From the NCBI GenBank assembly GCA_038230375.1, contig JBBRNJ010000024.1, positions 1-64,000 of the forward strand: 64,000 nt of DNA. Reading direction: 5' to 3'. The stretch's first letter is position 1; each line of letters starts with the position of its first letter. The DNA comes from Polyangiales bacterium. Its GTDB lineage: Bacteria; Myxococcota_A; Polyangia; Polyangiales; Polyangiaceae. The position numbers and the translations under genes were made by a program. Below, in pieces: positions 1-9,589 of the stretch. Under the pieces are notes generated by a model. The model ran no database searches and was not told where the DNA came from. It saw nothing but the letters and a program-made list of their open reading frames with translations.

Positions 1-85
1 AGCACCGCCAGGCTCGCCATCGCCCACGCCCTCATTCGCTGGCTCCCGCGATGCCCGCTATGCAGAAGAGAATGCGAACACGCTC

Positions 86-370
86 TCACGCGGGCAGCGC
101 CGAGACGTTCCGGCAGGAACGACATCCCGCAGTAGTGCTAGGATCGTATGGGAAGTCGAGAGCACGCTTATACTCCGGCCCAGTCGAACATCCGCCCGCA
201 TCTATTGCTGTCCAATCAACGGCTATGCCGGCGTCAGGTGAGCCGCCCAGTCCTGAATCCGAGCCGCCTCCCTCCCCGCCGCTCGGCGACACATCCGATG
301 TCGACTTGCAGGACCAAGCCGCAAAGGCACTCCACAGCAACAAGGCAACCAGAGCCATTCGGCGGTTCAC
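86..370 (-). CDS. small putative lipoprotein, hypothetical
   Basis: GTG start at 370 after AGGAG; signal peptide ending AAWS-C, then a Gly/Ser/DAG linker typical of myxobacterial lipoproteins. Confidence 0.5.
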   Translation of the reverse strand: MNRRMALVALLLWSAFAAWSCKSTSDVSPSGGEGGGSDSGLGGSPDAGIAVDWTAIDAGGCSTGPEYKRALDFPYDPSTTAGCRSCRNVSALPA

Positions 371-475
371 TTCGTCTCCTCTACTTGCCATCAATTGCAG
401 GTCCCACCCCGCGATCCGGTGTACCCGCGAACGGCACGTTATTTCCACTTCGGTGAGAACGCAGATCTCGGTCGC

Positions 476-1120
476 TCAGAAGCCCGCGTCCGCGTCCGCT
501 CCCACGTTCTCCGAATTGTAGCTGAACGCGTGGGTTGCGCCGGCGCTGTTCTGGGCCTCGCCGCGCAGAGAGATCGGGATCGAAGCGTCATCCGCCGTGG
601 GACCGGAGGCGACCGAGCATCCCGCGCTCGCGCCGGACGCAGAAAACGACGCTCGGTCGCTGCCTACGATCAGCCCGATGCTGGTGGCACCGGAGGAAGG
701 ATCGCTGCACCAGATCTCTGGAACGGTGTGACAGACCTGCGGGAAGACACCGTCTCCACCCTGGAGGTCAAGCGTCACCGGGCCGAGCGCGCCGCAGTCC
801 GCCTGTACGTTCAGCGACCACGTGCGCCCGCACGGAGCGCCCTGGGCATCCTGCTGGACCACCAAGTTTACGCACGCGATGCCGTCCACGAAGAAGCCGA
901 TCGGCGTCGGACCGCTGGGGGGGACCCACGAGCTCGGACCGCCACCCGACGGCACCGGCGGACCCGGGTCCCCCTCCGCGCCATTGCCGTTCGCACCATT
1001 GCCGTTGGCGCCATGGCCATTCGCGCCGCTTCCGTTGCTGGTTGATGAGGCCACTTGACCACCGCACGCCACCAACAGCGATCCCGCGCCTATCCAGAAG
1101 AGCAAGCTAGTTGATTTCAT
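476..1120 (-). CDS. putative lipoprotein with ANGNG repeats and Cys-containing C-terminal domain
   Basis: MKSTSLLFWIGAGSLLVA-C lipobox; start taken at ATG 1120 rather than the ORF-track start. Confidence 0.7.
   Translation of the reverse strand: MKSTSLLFWIGAGSLLVACGGQVASSTSNGSGANGHGANGNGANGNGAEGDPGPPVPSGGGPSSWVPPSGPTPIGFFVDGIACVNLVVQQDAQGAPCGRTWSLNVQADCGALGPVTLDLQGGDGVFPQVCHTVPEIWCSDPSSGATSIGLIVGSDRASFSASGASAGCSVASGPTADDASIPISLRGEAQNSAGATHAFSYNSENVGADADAGF
978..1037. repeat. four imperfect 15-nt tandem repeats encoding (A)NG[NHS]G
   Basis: gcgccattgccgttc / gcaccattgccgttg / gcgccatggccattc / gcgccgcttccgttg. Confidence 0.8.
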
Positions 1121-1132
1121 GCGGCGCATCAA

Positions 1133-1148
1133 TGCAGCCAGCGTGCCA
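1133..1148 (-). promoter_or_regulatory. putative sigma54 -24/-12 promoter
   Basis: minus strand TGGCAC-GCTGG-CTGCA (GG-N10-GC), directly upstream of ATG 1120. Confidence 0.55.
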
Positions 1149-1480
1149 CGGCTGGCGGAAGGGAGTGCTTCGACGTTCCCGATGGCGACGGCCTTCGCCG
1201 CTCGGCCAGCCCATGACGGCGCGATCCTTCTGGCCCAACTTGCCCACTGTCGGCACCACGAGACTCTTCGTGAGTCGCGTGATCCGCGCCTCCGCATGGG
1301 TGGAACAGCATCGCCTGGGGCGAGATACATCCCGCCAGACGAGACTTCGAGCTGCGCGCGGTGCTCACGTACAAGAGTACGTTCCGCTCCGTGCTCGCTC
1401 GAAGCCTCGCCTGACGGGCGCCTCTCGCCCCATCCGACGCTGTTCATCTGCGAAGTAGCGGAAGCGGGATAGTGAAATAA

Positions 1481-1514
1481 GAAGGCCCTCGATGCTAATG
1501 CCTCGGGGGCTTTC
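1481..1514 (-). terminator. putative intrinsic terminator hairpin
   Basis: gaaggccctcgatgc-taat-gcctcgggggctttc stem-loop, followed on the minus strand by a U-rich tail (TTATTTCA). Confidence 0.5.
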
Positions 1515-1565
1515 GGTGCCATTGGGGGTGAGAGCGGCGAGCTCCGCCCATCATCCTACGACATG

Positions 1566-1609
1566 CTTCACCCCCAAGGGGTGAAGCCGTTCACCCCCAA
1601 GGGGTGAAG
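1566..1609. repeat. tandem pair of palindromic 20-nt units (REP-like)
   Basis: ttcacccc-caa-ggggtgaag at 1567-1586 and again at 1590-1609; identical copies, each an 8-9 bp hairpin. Confidence 0.8.
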
Positions 1610-1736
1610 TCCGCGGCTCTTACCAGCGCGTGGGACCGCCCGAGGATTGCCGCGCTGTGCGTTGCGACGAGGATCGCACCCGTCGATCTCCATCGACTAG
1701 CCTTGCCTTGTGGCGGGTGAACCGCGCGAGAGCGAG

Positions 1737-2588
1737 TCAGTGATTGCGTCCGGGAGCTGCGGCGCGGTTCGCGGCCGCTCTTTTCCGCTCCGCTGCCGCA
1801 GCGCGCTGACGCACTGCTTCGCGCTGGCGCCACTCGGCTTCTTGCTTGCGCTCGTTGGCCTCGCGTTTGCGCACGCCGGCTTCCCACGCGCGCTGGAGCA
1901 CGGCGACCTGGGCGGCTGTCTCCATCGGCTTGCGTGCAACCGGGGCGAGCGCGGCCCCGTTCCACTGCAGCGTCACCTCCTCGGTGATCCCGGTGATCTT
2001 GCCGGCGGTCGGGTTACGAGGCCCGCACCCTTGCTCCTCCGGCTCGTGGGTCTCCGTGGTGGCGATAAGCGCGGGCTTGCCGTCGCGCTCCGCGAGCCGC
2101 ACAGTCCTCCAGCCATACGCGCCGCCTCGGTCGCTGACCGCCAGCAGCTTCGGACCTGTCGCAGTGTCGGCGAACACGCTGAACGGCCCGCCCTGCAGAA
2201 GAACGAGATCGGGGCGACCGTCACCGTTCAGATCCGCCGTTCCCAGGATCGAGCCGCTCTCCGTCTCGAGCTCGCCCTCTTTTGTCAGGACGAGCGAGAC
2301 CCCTGAGGGGAGCGCGGCGGCCGGGCCGACCACGGAGACCACGAACACTCCGGCTTCCATCTCGCCGCTCAGGACGCTTCCATCGGCGCTCTGCGGTGTG
2401 ACCCGATTCTCGCTCACCAGCTTCTTCTTCCACTGCTCCACGCGAGCCTTGAGTTCGCTCGGAGGGGGGCTTGCCGCGACGCTCGGTGCGCGGGCAGTCT
2501 CCGGCTCGGGTGCGTCCGCGCGCGCTGCCCGCGGGACAAGGAACAGCAACGCCGCTCCAAGCAACAGCCCGGCGCGTCGCGGTCTCAT
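1737..2588 (-). CDS. secreted protein with FG-GAP/VCBS-like Ca-binding motif and C-terminal coiled coil
   Basis: signal peptide ending ARA-D; motif ADLNGDGRPDLV; charged helical C-terminus. Confidence 0.6.
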   Translation of the reverse strand: MRPRRAGLLLGAALLFLVPRAARADAPEPETARAPSVAASPPPSELKARVEQWKKKLVSENRVTPQSADGSVLSGEMEAGVFVVSVVGPAAALPSGVSLVLTKEGELETESGSILGTADLNGDGRPDLVLLQGGPFSVFADTATGPKLLAVSDRGGAYGWRTVRLAERDGKPALIATTETHEPEEQGCGPRNPTAGKITGITEEVTLQWNGAALAPVARKPMETAAQVAVLQRAWEAGVRKREANERKQEAEWRQREAVRQRAAAAERKRAAANRAAAPGRNH

Positions 2589-2727
2589 GCGCTGCACAGC
2601 CATTCCCCGCGTGTCCGATCTCATCGGCGTTCTCCTCTTGGTGGTGAACGGTCTCCAGACCGTCACCTTGAATGTGCGGGTGCGCATGCGATTCAAGGCC
2701 AGCCGCGCATCGCCGTTCACGCGAACC

Positions 2728-3726
2728 ATGAACGCGATCAATATGGGGGTGTGCCTGGCGGTGTTCCTCGGGGCGACGATGGGGGTCGCGGAGGCGCGCG
2801 CGGACGACGCCAGCGCACCGGTGGTCGTGCTGACGTCCGCGACGGCCATCGATAGCCTGGCGGCTGATGACAACGTCGGCGTGGTGTATGGCGCGGGGCA
2901 ACACCTGTGGCGCGCGCCGATCTCGCGCAGCGCGACACCGACGGATCTCGTCGCGACCTCGGGCAAGAACGCAGTTGGCTCGGTGGTACTCGATCGCGGA
3001 GAGGCGTTCTTCATCGACGGCGGAGAGGTGCGCCGGGTCCCCGCGCGCGGCGGAGCATCGAAGATCGTGGCTCGCGGCAGGCACTTTGCGTCCATCGCGC
3101 TCTCCACGGACCGCGTCTTCTGGTCGGGCACAAACGGCATCGCAAGCGCGCCGCGCGCTGGAGGGCCGGCCACGCCCCTGTGTCGATCGGCGGGACCCAC
3201 CGTGCGCCTCGTGGTCAGCGCCCAGACCATCGCCTGGTTCGAGCTGCACGACGACGGCGCCACCACCTACATGCAGCTCCATACGGTGCCCGTCCGCGGC
3301 GGCGCACCCACCGCCGGGAACGGAGGCTTCAACTTCGAGCAGACGCTGCTCGGCGACGCGACCGCGCTCTACTGGTCCCAGACGCAAGGCATCGGCGATG
3401 GCGTGAGCATCGTCAAGCTCGGGCCCTCACCGCGCGCCGACATGGATCCAAAATTGCTGGCCGACCGCCTCGGCGAGGTGAGCCAGCAGAGCCTGGCCGC
3501 GCAGGACGACGCTGGCCTCTACGTGTCGACATGGGACTCCTCGAGCAGCGCGGGGACGATCACGCGTATCCTGAAGGCCGGGGGCGCACCCCAGGTAGTG
3601 GCGAGGCTCACCGCCGAACCGAGCGCGCTCGCCGTGACCGATACGCAGATCGTCTGGGCCGAGCCTGTGAAGCCGAGCGGCACCCGCGTCCTCGCGCTCC
3701 AGAAGCCGCTTCCTGCGGGGCAATGA
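2728..3726 (+). CDS. secreted beta-propeller repeat protein (DUF5050-like)
   Basis: signal peptide ending ARA-D; repeated 'IA..D..VFW / P..GG.P' blades. Confidence 0.65.
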   Translation: MNAINMGVCLAVFLGATMGVAEARADDASAPVVVLTSATAIDSLAADDNVGVVYGAGQHLWRAPISRSATPTDLVATSGKNAVGSVVLDRGEAFFIDGGEVRRVPARGGASKIVARGRHFASIALSTDRVFWSGTNGIASAPRAGGPATPLCRSAGPTVRLVVSAQTIAWFELHDDGATTYMQLHTVPVRGGAPTAGNGGFNFEQTLLGDATALYWSQTQGIGDGVSIVKLGPSPRADMDPKLLADRLGEVSQQSLAAQDDAGLYVSTWDSSSSAGTITRILKAGGAPQVVARLTAEPSALAVTDTQIVWAEPVKPSGTRVLALQKPLPAGQ

Positions 3727-3778
3727 AGGGCCGGCGGGCTGAGATCGTGAGGACCACCGTCAGGGTCGCGGGCGCTCG

Positions 3779-4858
3779 TCAGACGTGCAGCCGCACGAGC
3801 ATGAAGCGGCGCAATGCGCGCGGCGCCGGCGTGACCGTCACGGTGGATGCCCCGCTCACGAGCGAGGCGGGCAGGACGAAGAGCAGCACGTCACTCGGTG
3901 CCAAGGCTGCACGCCGCGCGGGCATCTCACGCGTCGTGGCGTTGCCGAAGAGATCGTTCGACCAGGCGCGATCGAATGCGCCGACCTCGGCCTCCGTCAG
4001 GCCCACCTCCTTCATCGCCGAATCGAGCGCGTTCTGCGCAGATCGGACATCGGTTTCCTTTGGCGGATCGGCGAGGGTCGCTCTTCCGATCGGCGGGGTC
4101 GCAATGGTGGAGAGCGTGACCTGTCCGCCCGCGTTGTGGACGTAGAGGATGGGGCCGATGGTATCGGTCGCCCGGACGTGCGTGATCGAGAGCTGGTTTC
4201 CCTTGGCCACGACCTCGAATGGAAGCTCCGGCGGCGACCCGTTCGCGCGATAGAAGAGGTGATTGAAGGAGGAGCCTGCCATGTCGATGCAGCTTGCATC
4301 GGCCGTCTCGTAGGTCGGGAGCTCGGCGGCCTCGCACAAGCCATCCGTGGTGCGGCATTCGGGGGCGTCACGGCGGGGCGCTCCAACGACGTGACAGCCG
4401 TCCTTTCGAACGTGGAGACCACGCCACGTCAGCGTGCGGGAATCGCTCGACAGATCGCCCTTGGGGAACACCTCCACGAAGCCAAGCAGAGGTGTGGTGA
4501 CGGTGACGGTCGCATCGACGGCGTTCGTTCCGTCTGCGAGGTGGAAGTAGAGCACTGGCTTGCGTCGCGGCGCGTTCCAGTTGGTGCGACCGGACGGGGG
4601 CCCTGCCACGAGGGATGCAGCGGTGCTCGATTGCACATCGACCAGGCCCCATTCGTGGACGTCGAACGATGTGACCGGCGAAGTTGGCCAGCTCGGCGAG
4701 CTCGGTGCAGTCGGCGCGGCGCCCGATGCGGGTGGCGCCGCGCTCGACGTCGACGACACGTTCGTACGAAGCGTGGGACTAGGGCCATTGCACGCGGCAC
4801 AGGCGAGACAGGGCCCCAGCGCGCAGAGGACGATGCGAGCGTTGATGTTCATCGTCAT
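3779..4858 (-). CDS. conserved hypothetical lipoprotein (VHEWG / KPVLYFH motifs)
   Basis: lipobox CAA-C, Pro/Ser linker, FDVHEWG and RKPVLYFH motifs. Confidence 0.65.
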   Translation of the reverse strand: MTMNINARIVLCALGPCLACAACNGPSPTLRTNVSSTSSAAPPASGAAPTAPSSPSWPTSPVTSFDVHEWGLVDVQSSTAASLVAGPPSGRTNWNAPRRKPVLYFHLADGTNAVDATVTVTTPLLGFVEVFPKGDLSSDSRTLTWRGLHVRKDGCHVVGAPRRDAPECRTTDGLCEAAELPTYETADASCIDMAGSSFNHLFYRANGSPPELPFEVVAKGNQLSITHVRATDTIGPILYVHNAGGQVTLSTIATPPIGRATLADPPKETDVRSAQNALDSAMKEVGLTEAEVGAFDRAWSNDLFGNATTREMPARRAALAPSDVLLFVLPASLVSGASTVTVTPAPRALRRFMLVRLHV

Positions 4859-4928
4859 TCGAACATACCAGGACACCAGTTGCCTGCCGCTATCTCTGCG
4901 CGAGCGCGGCGCGAAACTGCGCGCAGGG

Positions 4929-5756
4929 TCAAGCGTGCGCGAGGCGCGTTCGGATGGTGACGTCCAGCTGACTGTGGAGCACCCGCATGAGGCTCTTGCA
5001 CTCGCTGTCGCTGATGCGTGCGTGGTGCATGAAGCGCGTGCGGGTACCGTCCATGAGCCTTTCTCTTGCGTGTTCCAGCCAACGAGCCGCCGTGGCTCTG
5101 TGCACGCGATAGATGGCGCCGATCTGATCGATGCTGAGCTCGTCGATGACCTGGAGGCGCAGGAGCGTCTTGTCGCGATCTTCGAGCGCAAGAAGCGCCT
5201 CGCTGAACGCCGCGGCGAACTCGGCGCGGTAGGTATCTTTCACGAACGAGAGCTCGACGTGGCTCCCTGCGACGTCGGCTTCGAGGAGCGAATCGTCGTG
5301 AAGCTCGCGCTTCCCATGGCGGATCACCTTGAGCGCGGCACGCGTCGCGATCACGGTGAGCCACGCGCGCAGGTCCCCGCGGCCCGTGTACTCGACGATG
5401 CGCGCCGGCTTCTCGCCACTTCCGACGAAGAGCTGCGCGCGCAGGTCCTGCCTGACGTCCTCCGCGACTGTACCCGTGAGGCGCATCCGCGAGAGAGCGG
5501 TGTCCACGTCCGGGAAATAGCGCGCTTCGACCGCGGCGAGGGCACGTGCGTCGCCGAGCGAGCACGCACACGCAGCATAGAGGTCGGAGACCCTCACCGA
5601 CGGCAGCGATCCAGGGTCGCTCACGCGATCGCGCAGGTAGCTCGTGAACACCGGGTCGGGCACGGCGATCTCCGGCCACTCCGTGCGCGCTTTCGCGATC
5701 ACCGTGGCCACGGCTGATTCACTTTCGGCCCATGAAGGTCGTCCGCCTGGATCCAT
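4929..5756 (-). CDS. ECF-type sigma-70 factor, Myxococcales family (TIGR03001-like)
   Basis: DLYAACAC..GD.RAL and YTGRGDLRAWL region-2 motifs; region-4 HTH LSIDQIGAIYRVHRATAARWL. Confidence 0.8.
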   Translation of the reverse strand: MDPGGRPSWAESESAVATVIAKARTEWPEIAVPDPVFTSYLRDRVSDPGSLPSVRVSDLYAACACSLGDARALAAVEARYFPDVDTALSRMRLTGTVAEDVRQDLRAQLFVGSGEKPARIVEYTGRGDLRAWLTVIATRAALKVIRHGKRELHDDSLLEADVAGSHVELSFVKDTYRAEFAAAFSEALLALEDRDKTLLRLQVIDELSIDQIGAIYRVHRATAARWLEHARERLMDGTRTRFMHHARISDSECKSLMRVLHSQLDVTIRTRLAHA

Positions 5757-5780
5757 CGAGAAGCCATAGTATAGCAGCGG

Positions 5781-7364
5781 GTGATGACCGCAGGATGCGC
5801 GAGCGAAGGTGTGATCCTCGACCTGGTCTCGGGTCGGCTCGATGTCGCGGCGCGCAGCGAGGTCGAGCGACACATCGCCGCTTGCGACGAATGTCGCAGG
5901 CTCGTCGCAGCGCTCGCACGCACGTCGCTGGTCGGCGGTACCACCATCACGAGCGACGCGAGCGCTTCACGAGAGGACGGCGCGCAAGAGGCAAGCGTGC
6001 CTCGCGTTCGCGTTCGCGTGCGTCCTGGGGACACGATCGGCGAGAAGTACGTCGTCGAGCGAGTCATAGGTCAAGGAGGCATGGGGATTGTCGTGCTCGC
6101 GATGCACGAGCAGCTCGGCCAGCGCGTTGCGATCAAGTTCCTGTTGCATGAAGCGTACGGCAGCACGGACACGGTGAAGCGACTCCTGCGTGAAGCGCGC
6201 GCCACCGCGCAGCTCACGAGCGAGCATGTGACGAAGGTCACGGACGTAGGGACGTTCGACGATGGGGCTCCGTACATGGTGATGGAGCACCTGCGGGGCA
6301 TGGACCTCGCCGCGGTGCTCGGGGAGAAGGGTCCGATGCCGGTCGAACAGGCGCTCGTCTACGTGCTCCAGGCATGTGAAGGCGTCGCCGAGGCCCACGC
6401 GCTCGGGATCATTCATCGCGATCTGAAGCCTGCAAACCTGTTCGTGACCTCGCGCGCGGACGGTTCACCGCTCATCAAGGTGCTGGACTTCGGCATCGCG
6501 AAGGCGTGGTCGGAGGGCGGCACTACACTGACGTCGAAGGCCACGTTGATGGGCTCCCCGCGCTACATGTCACCGGAGCAGATGACGGACGCTCGCGCCG
6601 TGGACGCGCGCACTGATGTGTGGGGGATCGGTGCAATCCTCTACGAGCTCGTGAGCGGAAAACCGGCGTTCGACGGTGAGTCTGTTGTCGCCGTGTGCAC
6701 GCGTGTTGCCACAATGCCCGCGCCGCACCTCAAAGACCTGGGGCAGAGGTCGCTTCGCGTTCTCGACGCGACGATCCAGCGATGCCTGGAAAAGGAGCCG
6801 TCCGCGCGGTTTCAGAGCATCGCAGAGATCGCGCGCGCGCTCGCGCCCATCGCGCCGGAGGAGGCGCAGGTGTCGGTGCAGAGAATCGAGCGGATGCTTG
6901 GCGTGAAGCCGTCGAAGAGCCATCGCACTGCCTCGCCGCGCGCGAGCTCTGGTCGCGCGCGGGTGGGGCGCGCGCTCATGGTCATCGGGTCCCTCGTCAT
7001 CCTGAGCGTTGGCACATGGGCGTGGCTGGGAAGGCGCGCGTCAATCGACGCCAGCACCGGACCCTCCGTCAACGTCCCGGTGGCGCCCTCGGTCAGTGTC
7101 GACGCGTTGCCTGCGCGAGAGACCTCCGAGGCGCTCGTGCCAAGGGCCGCCGCGTCGCCACAGCCTCCAGCCGTGCAATCGTCACAGCCGTCAGAGTCAG
7201 CGCAAGCAGCCCCGAACCCCGGGCGCCCGGGCGCTTCGAGCGCACGCGCTTCGCCGCTCCCATCCCCCGCGCCGTCCACCTCGGCAGCGCCCACGGCCCT
7301 GGAGCCCGTGGACGCTGGGGCCCTGCGCTACATGGATCGAAGGGGGTTTACCGACAGAAACTGA
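5781..7364 (+). CDS. Ser/Thr protein kinase with N-terminal zf-HC2 finger and TM helix
   Basis: HIAACDEC finger; GQGGMG, VAIK, HRDLKPAN, DFG, YMSPE; TM segment then Pro/Ser-rich tail. Confidence 0.92.
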   Translation: MMTAGCASEGVILDLVSGRLDVAARSEVERHIAACDECRRLVAALARTSLVGGTTITSDASASREDGAQEASVPRVRVRVRPGDTIGEKYVVERVIGQGGMGIVVLAMHEQLGQRVAIKFLLHEAYGSTDTVKRLLREARATAQLTSEHVTKVTDVGTFDDGAPYMVMEHLRGMDLAAVLGEKGPMPVEQALVYVLQACEGVAEAHALGIIHRDLKPANLFVTSRADGSPLIKVLDFGIAKAWSEGGTTLTSKATLMGSPRYMSPEQMTDARAVDARTDVWGIGAILYELVSGKPAFDGESVVAVCTRVATMPAPHLKDLGQRSLRVLDATIQRCLEKEPSARFQSIAEIARALAPIAPEEAQVSVQRIERMLGVKPSKSHRTASPRASSGRARVGRALMVIGSLVILSVGTWAWLGRRASIDASTGPSVNVPVAPSVSVDALPARETSEALVPRAAASPQPPAVQSSQPSESAQAAPNPGRPGASSARASPLPSPAPSTSAAPTALEPVDAGALRYMDRRGFTDRN

Positions 7365-7384
7365 CGGCTTCTCGGCTTCTGAGC

Positions 7385-8743
7385 TCAGGTGCCGCCGAGC
7401 TTGATGGCGCCGTTGATCTCCGTCACGGCGCTGAAGCTTGCTGCGAGCGAGCCGCTCTGCGGATCGAGCGAGGCCGAGAGCGACGAGGCGATCACGGGGA
7501 TGCAGCCCGCCGCCTTCGCATAGACGCCAGCGCTCGTCACGAGGGTGCCGCTGTAGTCGAAGACCGCCTTTCCTTGCGCCTCGAGGCCAGGCAGACGCGT
7601 CGTGAACGCCAGCGCGAGCGTGGGCAGGTTCGTCTCGAGGCTGTGGATCTCCGCCTGCGCTCTGACGTTCCCGCTGATGTCGCCACTGAAGGCGATCTGC
7701 GCCGACGGCGATGTGCACTCGGCGCGCGCGCTCGCGCTCGCGTTGCAGTTCGCCTGGCAGTTGGCATCTCCCTGGCACTTCGGTGGTGTCAGCTTGGCTT
7801 CGCACCTGGGTGCCGTGTACGCCACCGAACAGCCGCCCTTGCATGACGCGTCGCATTTCAGATTTGCATTCGCCGCGAACTTGCAACTGCCGGTGCACTT
7901 GCCAGTGCACTTGCCTTCGCATTTGACCGCTGGCGCGCTCGCTGCAACTTCACACTTCGCGTCGCACTTGCCCTTGCACGTGCCATCGCAATGACCGGTG
8001 TTGTTGGTGTTCGTTCCCGCGGCAGCGTCGCAAGTCCCCGAGCAGTTGCCCGAACAGGTTCCGGTGCAGGAGACGGATACGCCGCCCTGCGCCTCGCACG
8101 AACCCTGGCACGACGCATCGCACGAGCCTTCGCAGCTCGCCGCCGCGCTGACCGAGCCCTCGCACGTGCCAGTGCACGACGCCGAGCACTCACCACTCAG
8201 CTGTCCCGGATCGCAGCGCGCCGTGACGTCGGGCTCCGTGCAGCTCGCGTCGACCTGGCAGCTGCCCTCGCACTTCGCCTGGAAATTCGCCTCCACCGCG
8301 CACTGCGGCGGCGAGAACGTGACCGTGAGTGTTCCCGCGGCCGCAAGGTCGCCGCTCGCCGCGGTGGCTGCGGCGATCTTCACGGCGGCGAGATGACACC
8401 ACGCCGTGACGGCGTTGGTCCCCGTCACGTTCTGCACGCCTGGATCCTTCGGGTCCGCACCGAAGTCGAGCGCCAGCGCCTGACAGGCACCTTGGATGTC
8501 GTTCTCGATCGACGCCGACGTTGCCGCGAGATCCCCCGCCGCCTGCGCGAAGGCGCGGAACGTACCGGCCGCATTGCCGTCCAGATTGAATGTCGCCGTG
8601 GACATGTCCGTGCCCGCCTTGAAATCCGTGCAACAGACAGATCCAGTGACGTCGTTCACTGCGCTAGGACACCCCATGAGGGCGGGGACCATCGCGACGC
8701 CCGTGAGGGCCATGACCATAATACCTTTGGACCGAATTGCCAT
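7385..8743 (-). CDS. Cys-rich repeat lipoprotein
   Basis: AAGGAG RBS; lipobox LMG-C; many CxGxC/CxAxC repeats. Confidence 0.8.
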   Translation of the reverse strand: MAIRSKGIMVMALTGVAMVPALMGCPSAVNDVTGSVCCTDFKAGTDMSTATFNLDGNAAGTFRAFAQAAGDLAATSASIENDIQGACQALALDFGADPKDPGVQNVTGTNAVTAWCHLAAVKIAAATAASGDLAAAGTLTVTFSPPQCAVEANFQAKCEGSCQVDASCTEPDVTARCDPGQLSGECSASCTGTCEGSVSAAASCEGSCDASCQGSCEAQGGVSVSCTGTCSGNCSGTCDAAAGTNTNNTGHCDGTCKGKCDAKCEVAASAPAVKCEGKCTGKCTGSCKFAANANLKCDASCKGGCSVAYTAPRCEAKLTPPKCQGDANCQANCNASASARAECTSPSAQIAFSGDISGNVRAQAEIHSLETNLPTLALAFTTRLPGLEAQGKAVFDYSGTLVTSAGVYAKAAGCIPVIASSLSASLDPQSGSLAASFSAVTEINGAIKLGGT

Positions 8744-8773
8744 GTGAGGCTCTCCTTACAAAATAGATCGATA

Positions 8774-8792
8774 GAGACTGAGAAACAGTCTC
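8774..8792 (-). terminator. short hairpin between two lipoprotein genes
   Basis: gagactg-agaaa-cagtctc perfect 7-bp stem just after the stop at 8809. Confidence 0.35.
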
Positions 8793-8808
8793 GCGCCAGG
8801 CGACGCTG

Positions 8809-9462
8809 TTAGTGCTGCCGCTCGAACGTCAAAAGTGCGCTGTGGATCGACACGCCAAAGTTGTAGGGCGGGTAGATCAAGAGCAGCTGGTTTGGCGTTG
8901 CAGTGTATGCGGGGCGGCGGTTCCCCACTTTTTCATCGGTGACGGGCGGTGGCGTAGGGATGCCTTCATGGCAAGCGACCGGGGGGCACCGATAACCATC
9001 AAAGTACGGAGCAGGATCTGGTGACCAGACAACTCCCGAAGGACTGAGTAATCCCCACCACGATATGGGCTCGTCGGTTCCGTACTGGGTCACGTAAAAC
9101 ATCTGGGACCCCGACACGTGAAGCACTTCACGCGTGGGTCCGTCATAGGGGACAACTCCCGGCGACGCGCTCCCGCTTGCGTAGATCGTGGCTGTCGTCA
9201 GAAAGTACGTCCCGTCCTCGATGGTCCCTCCAGCGGCGGTGGGGGGCGCGGCTTCGCTCCGGACTGCCTTGACGTCGGGCGCGCCGCTCGTGTCGGTCAG
9301 GCACGTCCCCGCAAACGCTGTGGCGCCCGGTGCTAGCGCGCTGGTCGGGCGGTCGACGCAGGCGTCTCCCACCTTGTCCTCGAGGCCCGCAATGGACTGA
9401 CACGCGGTCGCAGCCAGCGGAACGAACAACACGACGCCAGAAAGCACCCAGCGGAAGAACAT
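8809..9462 (-). CDS. lipoprotein with 'GGTIxDGTY' C-terminal domain
   Basis: lipobox ATA-C; PTAAGGTIEDGTYFLT ... YTAT ... LTFERQ. Confidence 0.7.
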   Translation of the reverse strand: MFFRWVLSGVVLFVPLAATACQSIAGLEDKVGDACVDRPTSALAPGATAFAGTCLTDTSGAPDVKAVRSEAAPPTAAGGTIEDGTYFLTTATIYASGSASPGVVPYDGPTREVLHVSGSQMFYVTQYGTDEPISWWGLLSPSGVVWSPDPAPYFDGYRCPPVACHEGIPTPPPVTDEKVGNRRPAYTATPNQLLLIYPPYNFGVSIHSALLTFERQH

Positions 9463-9589
9463 CGAAGCAAGTCCTTTGCATAAGGAGAAGAGCCAGCAAC
9501 TCCGCTTTGTCGCAACGTGCGCGTGTCGATTTTTCAAAAAAGCGTCTGTAGCCGGAGAAGCAGGAAAAATAGCGTCAAAACGCAGGTCG

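Noticed and set aside
1..35. Start of a minus-strand gene (MRAWAMASLAV...)
   Set aside because: Only 11 codons inside the window; too little to call
1481..1560. tRNA gene or att remnant beside the terminator-like hairpin
   Set aside because: No T-arm (GTTCGA) or cloverleaf could be built on either strand
1566..1609. CRISPR array
   Set aside because: Only two units separated by 3 nt, no spacers, and no cas genes in the window
1846..3266. Apparent long overlap of the 509-aa (-) and 626-aa (+) ORFs
   Set aside because: Signal peptides place the real starts at 2588 and 2728, giving an ordinary divergent pair
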